This document shows, piece after piece, positions 36,473 to 50,909 of a stretch of 64,000 nt of DNA (positions are counted from its first letter, which is position 1; every line of letters begins with the position of its first letter). The position numbers and the translations under genes are program-made. The notes beneath the pieces were generated by a model. The model had not been told where the DNA came from. It made no database searches and saw only the letters and a program-made list of their open reading frames with translations. The DNA comes from Pseudogymnoascus verrucosus (taxonomy: Eukaryota): assembly GCA_001662655.1 (NCBI GenBank), contig KV460218.1. One strand, given 5' to 3'.

Positions 36473-36960
36473 ATGAGTCTACTCAGCCTGCCTTGCAATG
36501 TTCGCGATGATATTTTCAGAAGAGTTCTCCTTGTGGCCCATCCACTCTATCTGCTCCAAGACGGCGACTCTAGCATGGTAGAGACATTTGGACCAGAAAT
36601 ACGAGTTCGATGGCGAGCATTGCTGTACACCAATCGCCAGGTGCTCGATGAGGCTAGCGCAGTGCTCTATGGATCGAATAATTTTTCCCTGGTTGATACC
36701 ACACAGAAACAGGTTGTCCTCCTGCAATCCTTCTTAAACTGCATCGGGTCTACAAACGCAGGTCTACTGTCTCACATATGCATCAACTTCCCGTCGCAGA
36801 GCATGCGGATGGGCGACCAGGAGGAATCCTGCTCAGGATAGATGGCTTGTGAAGTTTAAAGCTGCTTCAAGACAAATGTGTTACTCTGAAGACATTAGAA
36901 ACTTCCATCCACAGCAAAAATTCTAGTGGTTTAATAGGGAATATAGAGAATCTAAATGGG
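36473..36960 (+). pseudogene. Frameshifted hypothetical gene with F-box-like N-terminus
   Basis: MSLLSLPCNVRDDIFRRVL...ALLYTNRQVLDEASAVLYGSNNF; the frame breaks near 36790 and runs into AT-rich sequence. Confidence 0.5.
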
Positions 36961-37450
36961 TAAGTAGCTATATTTAATGGGGGCTTTCCTTTTTTTGAAG
37001 TTTCTTATCTTTTAAAAATAGGGAAATAAACAGCTTTATTTAAAGGGAGGCCTCTTTTTAATTTTCTAGTTTTTTAATTTTTATAAATGAGAAACAGCTA
37101 GATATAAAAGGAGCTTTCTTTTATTTTCTAGTTTCTCATTTATAAAAACCAAGAAAATTATAGTTTTTATCCCTGTCCTTTGCCTCTCTTCCCCCTCATA
37201 TCCTCTAACCACCTTTATATTATTGTTTATTTTTACAAAGGCCATTATAAGTTCCGTTAGCTGCCCTATTACTTTATACACTTAATTTCCATCATCCATA
37301 GCCTCTTCTACCTGTTGTAGGGCTTTATATGCCTGCAACTCATTTTGAATGAAGTTTTTAAGATGCTGGAATCCGTCCATTTCATTTGTACCTACATTAA
37401 AAATGTAATGTTAGCAAATTTCTCTTAAATAGATGCGTAATTCCCCATTT
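36940..37450. other. AT-rich RIP-like degenerate segment
   Basis: Sharp GC drop with TA and poly-T/A enrichment, no credible ORF. Confidence 0.5.
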
Positions 37451-37650
37451 TCATAGAATGATAGAAATGGAAGCCCCTCTGTTATAAGACCATATAGTAT
37501 GCAATATGAAGCAAACATAGACTACTACAAGACCATGCATGGGATCTGTAATTACTTCATTGAGATTATATATACAACAGCCTGTAAACAAGACCATAGC
37601 ATATACCGTCAAACAGGAAGTAATTACAGATCGCAAGACCATGAACAAGA

Positions 37651-40600
37651 CTATCCTCTGTCTAAAGTCAAGAAGCTGCAATGTATACATACCCCTGCAA
37701 CTGTCATAAAAAACACGCAAAAACACGCAAAAATAGATGAAAAACAGGACAGCAACTTACTGAGGAATACACAATCCCCGCCACGTGGAAAGACATCCAC
37801 CATGTCTACAGCATCATCCTCATCTTGATCTGCCCCTTCCACGACACCAAGATCAGGCTCATAGTCAAAGTCATTCTCATCCTCAAAAGCAAAATCCACC
37901 CTTGATGCTTTGAGTTCCAGCGCCGTTTGAAGACTCAGCTGCCCCAGGTGCAGGTCCAGCATGTAATTCTTCTGATGCTCTGCCTCAGGACAAGGTTCAA
38001 CATCTCGCGTGGTGGACAAGACGAGCTGCTTCCTCTGATACCTCTTCTCCTGCTGCACCACAACCTCCCCCAGAGGCTCCGCATGCGGATCTCCACCCCG
38101 GTGAAGCTGGCGGCAAAACAATCCAGTGCTCACATAATTTCCCCCCTGCACCGCGCCAACATACGGATCAGGATGAATAACAACCTGTCCAGCATCCACA
38201 AACCGCTGCGCCATCTCCCTCGCCGTCGGCTCCGGGCTCGGCTCCACAAGATCCCCGCCCCCATAATCTGCAGACCTCGACGCCTCATAATGCGGTATAA
38301 TCGGCTGCTGTCGGCGCCTCGGGGGGAACTCCTCGTCCTCATCCAAGTCTCCGCATCTCAAAACATTCAGCTTCCCCGTCGCATCACCGACGAGGAGACG
38401 AGAATGGTCGCTTGAGAAAACACCCGCTGAGATGCCGCCGGATAGCGTGATGACATCCGCAACATGCACTTCGGCCGGAGGAGCACGCACATTCCATGCT
38501 TTGACCACGCCGTCTGAGGAGCCTGTGTAGAAACGGTCACACGTCCGTCCCCACGCGGCGAATTTCACACCGCTGTCTGTCCGCTCGTGGTCGTTGTCCT
38601 TGGTCTCGGCGTCATCCTGGGATTGATCGTCGATAGATTTACCATGGCCAAGGACATGGATGGGCTTCTCCTCCTGGGCGCTATCCCAGACATATGTATT
38701 CCCATCCGTGCAGCTCGCAGTGAGGTAGCAGTGCAATGGGCTGTTCGACATCAAGGTGATCTCATTGATATCCACCGCGCGACAATCAAACGTCTTAGTA
38801 TGGCTGAAGGTGCCATTCTCCGTCTGGCAAAAGATCCGCAGCTGCGTCCGCACCCCATCCTCATACTCCCCCGTCGCCGACGTCGCAGCCACGAAAACAG
38901 CAAGCGTCGGGTGCCACACGACCTCAAACACGTTCTGTGTGCGCGCTGAGGTGATTAGCACGCGCGTCCCCTTGTTGGTATCCCAGAGGCAGAGCTCTCC
39001 AGTGTCCTCGATGATTTTCGGCACTTCGTCGTGCACATCGAACGAGCGCGGCGAGTATCCGGTAAGAAGGAGATGGGCCACGCACGGAGCCTTGCCCCAC
39101 TGCAGCGTTGACGGGTAGTATACCCAGGATTGCCGGCTTCGGAGCTGCTCAGCTGACTGCACATCGGCGCGGGATCCAGAATACGACACGAATGGGGAAT
39201 TGGATACATCGTCTTCGTTCAAGTCGTAAACTCGGATGGCATCTCTGAAGACGTCGGCGGCGGTCGCGATTTTGCTGTGATGTGGTGAGGTGACGACAAA
39301 GTTTATAACGCCGCCATGATGCCATGTTCCACAGAGTGTCATTCCAGATCCATCGGCGTTGATATCCCAGACTTTCACGGTTTTGTCAAAGCTCCCTGTT
39401 AGCGCCTTTTGAGAGCCTTCATGGAACGCTGTAGCTGTCACCGAACAGTACAAATAAGGGTCCTGCGTCTCCCGCATGGACTCCAAGGCATTGCTGCCCT
39501 TCTCAACAATGGGCCGTATGATCCGATGCCCAGAGACCGACCTCAGAGAGCTCTTCTGTACTGACCCCAGAGCCAAATTTCCCGGCTTGTTGTATTGTTG
39601 ATTCGATTCATCAGAATGCGTAATCGCACCGCATACAAACTTGTCACCAGGCAGCCAGGTGATCGTGGCAATATCCCCAGAACAACCAGTAAACTCAATC
39701 TCCCGCACAATCGCATCATCCATAGATGTGAGGATGCGGGCTTTGGTCGATATACTGGCCCGTCCGAAGGTCCCACGAGACAGCTCTCGCTCACGCAGGA
39801 TAGATGATATCGAGGTATGGTTATTGCTTCTTTTGCCCGTGGCCGTGCCCAATTCTCTGGATTTCGGTGCGACGCGCAGCACAGAAGTTGTTCCAGTTGA
39901 GAACCTAGACCCATTGGACATATAGCCTTGCCAAATATCCTTGCCAAAATCATCGATGAAGTTCTTCAGGCTCTCCTCGGTGCGTTGCTTAATAAGCCGT
40001 GAACCCTCATCAGTTCCCAAAGACTCCTGTTGAGACTTCACTATCATTTGGAGCAGGCTCGGATAGACCTTCACACTCCCATTGATTATCCCAAGCCGCT
40101 GCCCCTTAGGCTTTGATTCGACATGATTTCTATGCCACACATCCATAACATTGCGCACAAACTGCACCTCTTCGCCCGTAAAGTCCACATGAACAATATG
40201 ACCATGAAGTATATGCTTCTCCTGTGGAGTCAATCGTTGTTCCGAAAGACCCCTTGCGATGTCTTTGCGCGCCGACAGACTGATATACGGCCTTGTGATT
40301 GCATTGGCAGCCAATCGCAAGGTTTCAACTTCCCGAAGGAAAGACTGCTTCGCCACAGCTTCCTGCGCGGCCGACCGAAGCGCCCGGGGTTTGTTTTGCT
40401 TCTGGATGCGATTGCCCGCTGTTTGCTTTCCAGGAGAGCGCGCGTTTGCAGGCTTTTGGATAGCAGGTGTGCGTGAAACAAAACTAAGAGTCCCCTGCCG
40501 ATAAGCCATCTTCTGGTGGTTCTGTTGGGGCGCTGGGTCTGATGCAGCTTCCTTCGCGGGAGACTCAACAGTATAAGACGTGCTTGGGGACGAGGAATCG

Positions 40601-41721
40601 CGCTTCTGCCGAGTAATTTCCCCCGCCCCAAGCCTTTCAACAGCATCCTTGAAATCATCCTTCTCGGACTCGCTCGAGCTGTCCGAAATAAAGATCGGCT
40701 CAGGCGGTGCGGCTTGCTTTGTCTGCCGACGAGCTGTTTGCCTGCGAGCTGCTGCAGGTGACTGCAGCTTGCTTTTCTGACCCTTTCCCAATTTGTGAAC
40801 ATGAATTTCCACCAGCAAAGCGCACTTATCAACGAGCCTCTTCCGCCTAGTTGCAGATAGCACCCCTTTATTCGAAGCCAGAGGTGCTAGGAATTGATCG
40901 TCGCAAAGATTCTTCGCAACCTGGTGCCTAATTTTCTTCTTGACAGCCTCATCGAGGCCCGCTCCCAATCTCTCGAGGCATGATTGAATTTCCGGGAAGA
41001 TAACCCGATGAAGCACATCCTCCGCCCCCTTCGGCGCAGGGCCAGGATTGGATGTCCCTGGGCCTGCGTTCGAAACTGGCCGCACCTGTGTATTGAAACC
41101 TTGTTGTGACCGCCCTGCACTCTGAACCCCCGGCAATTGCGGCTCAGAATCCGAATAAGAAATCACCACCGGCTTCGACTGAGTCTGAAACATATCATAC
41201 ACATTCACCTGGCCCTCTCTCCCAGCAGATGTAGGCGGCGGTTTGCTCCTTCTCCTCCCCGTATGTGATTCCACCTGTGATACCCGCGGCGGCGGCAGTA
41301 TGCGCGTTTCCGCCCGGTCCCTACTCGGACTCGATGACGCCCCCATCCCATCCCCAGCAAGCCTCCTCCTCTTCACCGAGCCCTCCACCGACCTCGACGC
41401 ATTCGGCGACAAGCTCAGCTCTCTCAAATGTGTTTTCCTCCTCGCAACCACAGGAGTATGTAATTTCGGCGGCGGTAGGGCGCCCGGAATATCGATTGGT
41501 GAGGGCAACCCCCCCGGGAGCAGTAAGCCATTATGTGATTGGTGATTCGTGAAGCCATTCTGCAGTTTCCGTGGTGATGGTGAATGGTAGGGTAAAGTAG
41601 TCGTCCCTGTGAAATCTGGGCCGGCGGCATTGGGGGCCCGTATCTGGGTTGAAGTTGCGGCGGGTAATTCGTCGTCGCTGTCGAGGGTGAGGTCGACGAA
41701 GGAGGCGTGGGCTTGCACCAT
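37651..41721 (-). CDS. Large WD40 protein, Raf1/Dos1 (Neurospora DIM-9)-like DCAF
   Basis: 1356-aa ORF; disordered N-terminus; SGDIATITW..HSDESNQQYNKPGNL, TGSFDKTVKVWD, FYTGSSDGVVKAWNVR; the 3' end may be spliced. Confidence 0.7.
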   Translation of the reverse strand: MVQAHASFVDLTLDSDDELPAATSTQIRAPNAAGPDFTGTTTLPYHSPSPRKLQNGFTNHQSHNGLLLPGGLPSPIDIPGALPPPKLHTPVVARRKTHLRELSLSPNASRSVEGSVKRRRLAGDGMGASSSPSRDRAETRILPPPRVSQVESHTGRRRSKPPPTSAGREGQVNVYDMFQTQSKPVVISYSDSEPQLPGVQSAGRSQQGFNTQVRPVSNAGPGTSNPGPAPKGAEDVLHRVIFPEIQSCLERLGAGLDEAVKKKIRHQVAKNLCDDQFLAPLASNKGVLSATRRKRLVDKCALLVEIHVHKLGKGQKSKLQSPAAARRQTARRQTKQAAPPEPIFISDSSSESEKDDFKDAVERLGAGEITRQKRDSSSPSTSYTVESPAKEAASDPAPQQNHQKMAYRQGTLSFVSRTPAIQKPANARSPGKQTAGNRIQKQNKPRALRSAAQEAVAKQSFLREVETLRLAANAITRPYISLSARKDIARGLSEQRLTPQEKHILHGHIVHVDFTGEEVQFVRNVMDVWHRNHVESKPKGQRLGIINGSVKVYPSLLQMIVKSQQESLGTDEGSRLIKQRTEESLKNFIDDFGKDIWQGYMSNGSRFSTGTTSVLRVAPKSRELGTATGKRSNNHTSISSILRERELSRGTFGRASISTKARILTSMDDAIVREIEFTGCSGDIATITWLPGDKFVCGAITHSDESNQQYNKPGNLALGSVQKSSLRSVSGHRIIRPIVEKGSNALESMRETQDPYLYCSVTATAFHEGSQKALTGSFDKTVKVWDINADGSGMTLCGTWHHGGVINFVVTSPHHSKIATAADVFRDAIRVYDLNEDDVSNSPFVSYSGSRADVQSAEQLRSRQSWVYYPSTLQWGKAPCVAHLLLTGYSPRSFDVHDEVPKIIEDTGELCLWDTNKGTRVLITSARTQNVFEVVWHPTLAVFVAATSATGEYEDGVRTQLRIFCQTENGTFSHTKTFDCRAVDINEITLMSNSPLHCYLTASCTDGNTYVWDSAQEEKPIHVLGHGKSIDDQSQDDAETKDNDHERTDSGVKFAAWGRTCDRFYTGSSDGVVKAWNVRAPPAEVHVADVITLSGGISAGVFSSDHSRLLVGDATGKLNVLRCGDLDEDEEFPPRRRQQPIIPHYEASRSADYGGGDLVEPSPEPTAREMAQRFVDAGQVVIHPDPYVGAVQGGNYVSTGLFCRQLHRGGDPHAEPLGEVVVQQEKRYQRKQLVLSTTRDVEPCPEAEHQKNYMLDLHLGQLSLQTALELKASRVDFAFEDENDFDYEPDLGVVEGADQDEDDAVDMVDVFPRGGDCVFLSKLLSCFSSIFACFCVFFMTVAGVCIHCSFLTLDRG

Positions 41722-42660
41722 TTTGGGTCTGTGGGGGGGGGGGAGGAGAAGTTAGCGCTTGTTCACTTTGTCTCCCTGAATCTTTCTCGAGTTTAGTATG
41801 GGGAGAGGAGTGTAATCAGTGTGGGAGGAGGGGAGAGGAAGTGGGGTGTCGCGTGAATTTCCTCGTCGTACCTTCTTGGGCAACTAGATCGCGCTGTGAC
41901 GAGCTGCTGCTTGAAGGCGGATCTTGAGGCGGTTCATGGCATGGATGTGCAGTGGAAGTGAGGAGTGGTATGTGAGTTTGTTTGCAAAGAAGGGCAGCAA
42001 GGCAGCAGGCTCATCGCCTTTGAAAGTGTGTGCTTTGTTTGAGGCTGTGTGTGAATGGGGCGCGGCCTTGACGGTCGCGGTCGCGGTGGTGGATGGTATA
42101 AAGAGATGTCGGTTCAATGATGTTCCGTTGTAGATGGGCAAGGCTGAGCGGAAGGCTACCAGGGGTGAGCCGTGATAAGTGGAAGCAAGGAGTGGTGGTG
42201 AAGAAAGCCAACGTTCATATCCCTTTATAAGCAATAAGAGGATAGAACCAGGTCAATTCTTGGAGTTGACTATAAATCCCATATCCGTGACTTAGAATGA
42301 ATGAATGTGACCCCTTGAAATATAATACAGCCATAAACTACTGCACTGAGACAACTTGGTGTGCGGGCACGACACTTTGGTCTCACATGTAATCTGCAAC
42401 ACAAACCCCTCAAATCCCCCCCCCGACGATTACACAGGACCTCACTTCACTCTGACAAAACCCAAAAGTCCAGGTATATACCTCATCTTCTGTACAATAT
42501 ATAGCAGAATAACGTTCTAATCTAACAAAATGGCATCAATGTACAGCTCGTCTCTATGCATCAAGATCGCCAGCACGCGCGCCTACAAGCAATAGTATGT
42601 ACCAGCACCCTTCCAATTTACAACCCCTCCTTCTGAAGAACCTCCACATGAGCTGCAGCT

Positions 42661-44887
42661 CTACAATCTCGGCTTGCTCTTGGACTTCTCCTCCTCCAGG
42701 GCCTCGGCGTACATCCTGTCCAGCTCATCCCTGAACATCTTGACAGCCTTCGGTCTCTTCATCTTAAGACTGTATCGAAAAAAAGTCAGCAAACTGTCCC
42801 AGTTCTCACGGAGGTGGTGATAACAAAGGTTGTGAAGGGTGGGGGTGGGGGGATAAAACTCACGTAGGCGTCAAAGTCTCATTATCAATCGAGAACGGCT
42901 CAAGCGCCAAATGCACCTTCCTAACCCTCTCCCAGTTATTAAACTTCGCCTTCTTCCCAATCTTCTCCAGCTCGGCCAAGAACGCCTTATTAACCCTCTG
43001 ATCCTTACACGCCTCCCTGACCGCATCCGCATCAAGCGGATCAATAGTCTTCTTCAAGATTGCTCCCGCGAACGGCGCAAACGCCACCGGATCCACGCTG
43101 AACACCGACACCAAGAACGCCTCGGTGCTATCACCATGCACGAACGCGATGTTGGCCAGGTTCGTGTTGGCGAGATACACGTTCTCGAGGCGCTCGGGGG
43201 AGACGTACTCGCCCTGTGCGAGCTTGAGGAGGTTCTTGACGCGGTCGACGATCTTGATGCGGCCGCGGCTGTCGATCTCGGCGATGTCGCCGGTCTTGAA
43301 CCAGCCGTCCGAGGTCATGGCCTTGGCCGTCTCGGCGGGGTCGCGGTAGTACTCGCGGAAGAGGGCGGTGGTCTTGACGAGGAGCTCGCCGCGGGGGTTG
43401 GGCTTGTCAGTCACGAGGTACTCCATGTCGGGGACGGAGGAGAGGCAGACTTCCACGGAGGGGAGGACACCGCCGGAGTTGCCGGTCGAGGTGTCGGAGT
43501 CATCCTGGCACGAGCCGATGGCGTATGTCTCCGTCATGCCGTAACCCTGCTTGATTGGGTTTCCGAACGCCGCGCGCAGGAGCGTGTGGAGCTGGGGGTC
43601 GATAGGCGCGGAACCAGAGACCATGCGGTTGGAGTTCTGCAGACCGAAAGCCGAGCGCAGCTTGGGGGTGTACAGGCGATCGTAGACGGCGTGGAAGACG
43701 GTAGCCTCGCCCTCGGGCTTGCGCAGATTCGCCAGCTTAGTATTAACGACGTGGCGGCCCATGACGCCCTTGAGACCCTCAGCCTCGAGAGCCTGAGAGC
43801 GGATAGCACCACCGAAGCGGTTGTACAGGCGAGGCACGGACACGAAGCCAGTGGGCTTGAGCACTTTCATGTCGTCAACCAGGCCGAGGATGTCGCCGCG
43901 GAAGTACCCGATAGAAGAGCCGCAGAGCAGGGCACCGCCCTCGGTGACGCGCTCGTAGATGTGCGCGAGCGGGAGGTAGGACATGACGACGTCCTTGGGA
44001 GTGCCGTGAGACACGAACCTGCCGGTCGAGACGGCGGCCAGGGCGTTAGCCTGGGTGAGGACGACACCCTTAGGGTTGCCGGTCGTGCCGGAGGTGTAGT
44101 TGATGGTGATGATATCGTCAGGCTTGGGTGGGTTCATCGGGATAGATGACTTGGCACCAAGCTCCTCGACATCGCGGATGTAGTGGATAGCAACACCGAC
44201 CTCCTTCCCGAGGGTGTTGAGCAGCTCGCCCATGGAGTTACCCGGCTTCTCCGAACCAGTGAGCGGGTCCAGGCAGATAATCAGCTTCATGGACGGCACT
44301 CTCGGCGCGAGCTTCAGCAGCAGCGGGATATGCGGCAAGCTGGTAACCACGCAGGCCAGACCGGCATGGTTGATGATATACTCCGTCGTCTCCGGTCCGA
44401 GGGTATCGTAGATCGACACGGTGAAGAGGGACTGCGACATGCACCCCAGATCCGCAATCTGCCACTCCGGCCTGTTTTGGCACCACAGCCCAACACCATA
44501 CCTGTCCCCCGTAATCCCAACTCCCTTGTGCAGCTCGACAACCCCAGCGCCGAAGTTGCGACGCCTCTCGGCAACCTGCGCGTACGTCTCCCACGTATAC
44601 TTGCCCCACGTCTTCTTTGCGGCGTCGTAGCCGCGCTGCCCCAGACAGTTGCGGCTGCCGTACTTCTTGGCCGAGGCCTCGAAGACGTCGTGCGCGGTGT
44701 GGAGCGACGGGTCGATGGTCGAGAAGAGGGGGCCGTTTTGGAAGCGCCAGTGCCGGTACACGGCGCTGCGGCCTTCGACGGCGGTGCCGGGGATGGCGAC
44801 GGAGTAGGGCTTCAGGCCTGGTGGGGGGGAGGCCAGCTGCTTGTAGTTGGCATCCTGGTCTTTGGTGAGGGTGAAGGCGGACGGCAT
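42661..44887 (-). CDS. Long-chain fatty acyl-CoA synthetase (AMP-binding); 2 exons
   Basis: ITINYTSGTTGNPKGV, SYLPLAHIYER, QGYGMTET, GWFKTGDI, IVDRVKNLLKLAQGEYVSPE; last exon LKMKRPKAVKMFRDELDRMY. Confidence 0.93.
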
Positions 44888-46497
44888 TGTGGTGGTTTGG
44901 TTGGGGAGTCTGTGAGGATAGGGAGAGTGGTTAGCTGGGGAGTGTTTTGTTTGTTTGTTTGTTGGTTTTTGGAAGAAAGGTTTGAGGGTCGTGTCGCCCT
45001 TCTTCATGGCTTCTTTCTTCCTTTCGTTCTTTCTCTTTCTCCAATTCCGGGGATGGCGGGAACTTACAAAGGCTAAGTTGTATCGCAGGAACTCGCAATG
45101 CCAGAAAAAAGTGAGACAGGGTTCGACAAAGAAGAAGAAACACAAAAGGAGGGAATCGAGAGAGCGTATTCGAAAAAGGAGGAGGGAGGGGGATATGTGC
45201 AAGATAGGAGAGGAGATGAGATGGTATATGGAAAGAGTAGACCTCTCTCCGTTGGCATCTGATCCTAAGAAACCCTTTCTTCCTCCACCTCCGCACGCTG
45301 CATTTGGGGGCGTGCGGCCGCACCTACCAACTTTATCCCAGGGACCGAGGCTCGGCCGATTTGCTGAGGATTTAGGCGGCGCTAATTGGATTAGAAGGCT
45401 GTTTTCTCCACCTATTAATGAACCCCACCACCCACGGATTTGTACGGGTGCGGTACAAAGTATAGGGACGCGATGGGGGATTGTGTTAGTTAGCTCGTGG
45501 CGTTCATGTGAAAGCGAGGGTGTTAGAGATTGTATGTGTGGTAGTAAATCCTAGTATCCTAGGGGTGTGTGTGAGACTGTAATACTATGATTACCCACGC
45601 GATAAATAGTATAATTGTATATTAAGGGCTGAAAAGTATAACTTATAGTACAGTACAGTACAGTCAGCCCGTTCATATAATAAGGATCAATCAAATACAA
45701 CCTCATACACCAACACACCATCAAGCATACTTCCATCCCCTCCACTCCCCTCCCATCCACCATAAATCTCACCCGCCTCCTCCCCATCCCATCCCATCCC
45801 CCTCTCCCACGCCCCACACCCAAGCCCATGGCCTCTTATTTCGTGCCGTGATACTCCTCCGCACCACCTTTGCCCCGCGTTTCCCCAACGTGGAGTTTTT
45901 TCGGGGTTCGGAGGTGCCGGGCCTTGGCGAGAAGTGCTGTACTAGTACTGTACTGTACGTACGTACTCGAGAACCAACTGTGCTGTGCTGGACTGGACTG
46001 TGCGTGCGTACTGGGATGTAAGGGGGTGTGCGGCTGGGCTGGGTGTGTGGTGTGTTGTGGTGTTGCACGGCAGCTGAGCGACACGTTTATTTGGTGTGCG
46101 CGTGCACGTGGTGTTGCTTTGTCAGGCTGGTCGGGGGGGGGGGGGGGTCGGGGGGGGGGGGGGGGGGGGGGATGTAAGGGATATATGTATGGGATGGGAT
46201 GGGATGTGATGCGATGGCGAAATGGATCTTTAGCTGGAATACTAGTTTACGTGTTGGTGATGGATAGGATGGTGGTGAGGAGCGTGGTGTTGAGGGAGTA
46301 GCACGTACATCACGGTAGGAAATCACGACTCGCGACTAATTCTCGCGATGACGGCGCATACTCTTTCTCAAATTACCAGTTACCTGGTTGGACACAGTTG
46401 AGGCGACAATTTATACACATGCACTCAAACCTCAATCATGGACCATAAATCATTCATTCGCTACACGCCATGATGCGCATCTATTTCATCAGACGGC

Positions 46498-48171
<1,674 letters not shown>

Positions 48172-50909
48172 GATTGCTGTCTAATAAAGATTCAAAGCTT
48201 AAAAGGTATAAAAGATGTAATATACTCGAGGTATATATCGTATTCTTCGCAAGTTTTTTGTAGGGCTGGTAGGCAGGGCAGGGAAGGGGGGGGTTTATGA
48301 TTAAAGACAAAAGGGCTAAAGGCGCGATGTCGGCGGGGTAACTATAGCTCCCTCCCAACGCGGCTGCGTCCCCTCGATCACGCAATAAGGGTCACCACCC
48401 TCCAGACCACCCAACGGAAAGGCGAGGAGAGGGGGTCTAGCTTCTAGTGTCGCCATATCAGGGGAACGGGTGGGCGCCTCTTTTTTTTTTTACTCTATCC
48501 CACTCTGTGCTCTCTCTCTGTGCCGCCCGGGGTTTGCTTTTTTTTTGGGAGGGAAGGGTTATTTTCCTCATATTTGCTCGATTGGTGGTGGCTGGTGGTG
48601 ACGTGATGGATGATCTTGGGGTGTTTTGGGATGGAGGGGTGGTTGGAGGGGGGGGATGGGGGGGAACTAAGAGGATTGCGGTATTTGGATGATATTGAGG
48701 TGATTTTGAGTTTGTATAGATATATACTGTATAAAAAGGGTTTCTATTTCCACAAACACTCTTCTCAACACTCACTCACCAGAGGTATAAATCTCACAAA
48801 TTCCCACCCCACCTCCACGTGACCCAAACTCAATTTTTGGAGGGGCAGTTATCATCACGTGTTTCCCACACCCAAACTGCCTGGTGCAGATCTCCCCTCC
48901 CCCCACGCTGCACCTTCGTCTGCCACTTACCCAATATATTGCCCCTTAGTTTATTAAACTTCTAAATTCTTTCCTTTTTCGGAATGATGGGTTGGGAGGG
49001 AGGTTTAGGTTTAGGTTTGTATGGGCGGCGGAGGTGAAAGGTGTATGGTAATCGCGATGACATCTCATGCGTGCGCGGGGAATCTAGCCAGGCAATTTAT
49101 ATTGAAGAAGTTTAAATGCCTCAATATATGGGGGGGGAATATCTCTAGATAGTACTGAAAAATCCCACGCCGTCGTGTCATGGAGAGATGTTCACGCAGT
49201 GGTATAAATAAAGCGCAGGATATCACTCAGACTCACCCGCTGGCGGGCTATGTTTGGGAGTCGTAATCGCGCCAGAACACAGCTCGAAGGCCCCCATCCT
49301 CACACAACCACCACAGCGCCAAGCAGCTTAGGATATGCTCCAGAACACCAAGTGTTACTAATCCCACTATCGCCATCACCATTCTCTAGTCACGCCTCTG
49401 AGCTGTCAAACCGCCACGCCACCAATCGTACATCGCCGTACGTGTCGCCGTGGTGTGTGTATCAATCCAGCACAGCGTGGGTTGGACTGGACTGGACACA
49501 CCGGCGAATAGTGGTGGCGGCTGGTGGCGTGCCGGTTTCGCGGCCTTCATGCGCGGGGGACTTGAGACAGGGTCGCCGGAATGAGAGGGGGTGACATGCT
49601 GTACGGTGTGTACGGCGGCGGCGAGGAAGTGTGGCGCCAAGGTGTTCCAGAGAGGACGACGATTTTATGCTAAAGTAAGATAGTTAGGGAGTTAGTTTGG
49701 AGAGTGAAATTTGGTTGTGGACACATGGGTTGGAGGAGAGTTGGAGGAGGAGGATTTTTTGAGATTGGGAAGGTGGGATTACAGCCAAGTTGCCAAGAGG
49801 TGAGAAGTCATCTCCGGGGGGTTGTTGGTGGTGAAGTGGTGGTGGGAGGGGACATGTGTTATTTCAGAGTGAGAGAGAGGTGTTTTCTTACGACTATCAG
49901 AGATCAGAGAATCTCAAGTAGAATACCAGAATAGATTCCCATAATAGAAAAATGAGGACTAACAGATAATCCACGATTGTGCGTACCACGATCAATCCCC
50001 CTCCCTGTGCCAACACCCAACAGCATGATTTCGTCGGTTTCGCCCTGGATCAAACCGGCCCCTGACACTGACCACACCAGTACTAACTAACTTACCCGCC
50101 GCCCCTGCCAACCACCAACCACACCGTCTTCAGCATCCAAGACACCACCAACCAATCCCCGTGCCTGTAAAAAAGATCTCGAATCCAGACCTCTAGCGAC
50201 ATCCAGTTTCAACACCGTTGCAAGCTGCGACAACCAGATCAAAGCAAGATAATAATAATAATACAGCAATCTATTAAAAAAATATTCCCATTAATAGCAA
50301 CATAATATTACCATAATAAACACACATAACAACCACCCTCTCCCCATCCCATCTCACCCCTCCTTCTGCTTCTGGACTCACGCTGGACGGAACTGTTAAA
50401 ATCGATAACACCGAGATCGATGTATCCCGTCTCACGACTCAGACCCTCATCTCCGCTGTAGACAGCACGTCTCCGCAACCGCATTTAGCATCATCACTCA
50501 CTAACACAAACACCAAAAAACAAATGAATTGAGAGTCTGCGACTTTCTTCACCACCACAATCACCAACAAGCGCCCATACACTCACTCACCTACTCAACT
50601 CTCCAGCCTCTACTCTACTCACATCCACTCCTCCTACCTTACAACCCACCAATCCCACACTCACCCACCAACTCCACCACCACTCCCAAACCCGCTCCAA
50701 TCGCCAACCGCACCCACGCCCACCCCCTGGTAACCTCCCCAGGTACCCACAATACCCGCGGCGCCTCTCTCCACCCGCCTCCTTGCCCATTCCATTGATC
50801 CTACCCGCCAACCGCTCAAAAAAAATCCACTGTCACCACCACCACCACTCTCTCCCAACGACGACCACGACAAACAACGCCGCTGTGAGATAAAGGCAAC
50901 GACGAGACG

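Noticed and set aside
22841..41721. Apparent clustering of two DCAF-like WD40 genes and Seb1/Nrd1
   Set aside because: Interleaved with unrelated genes; no evidence beyond chance neighbourhood.
45640..46010. GTACA/GTACT repeats
   Set aside because: Ordinary microsatellite-like promoter sequence.
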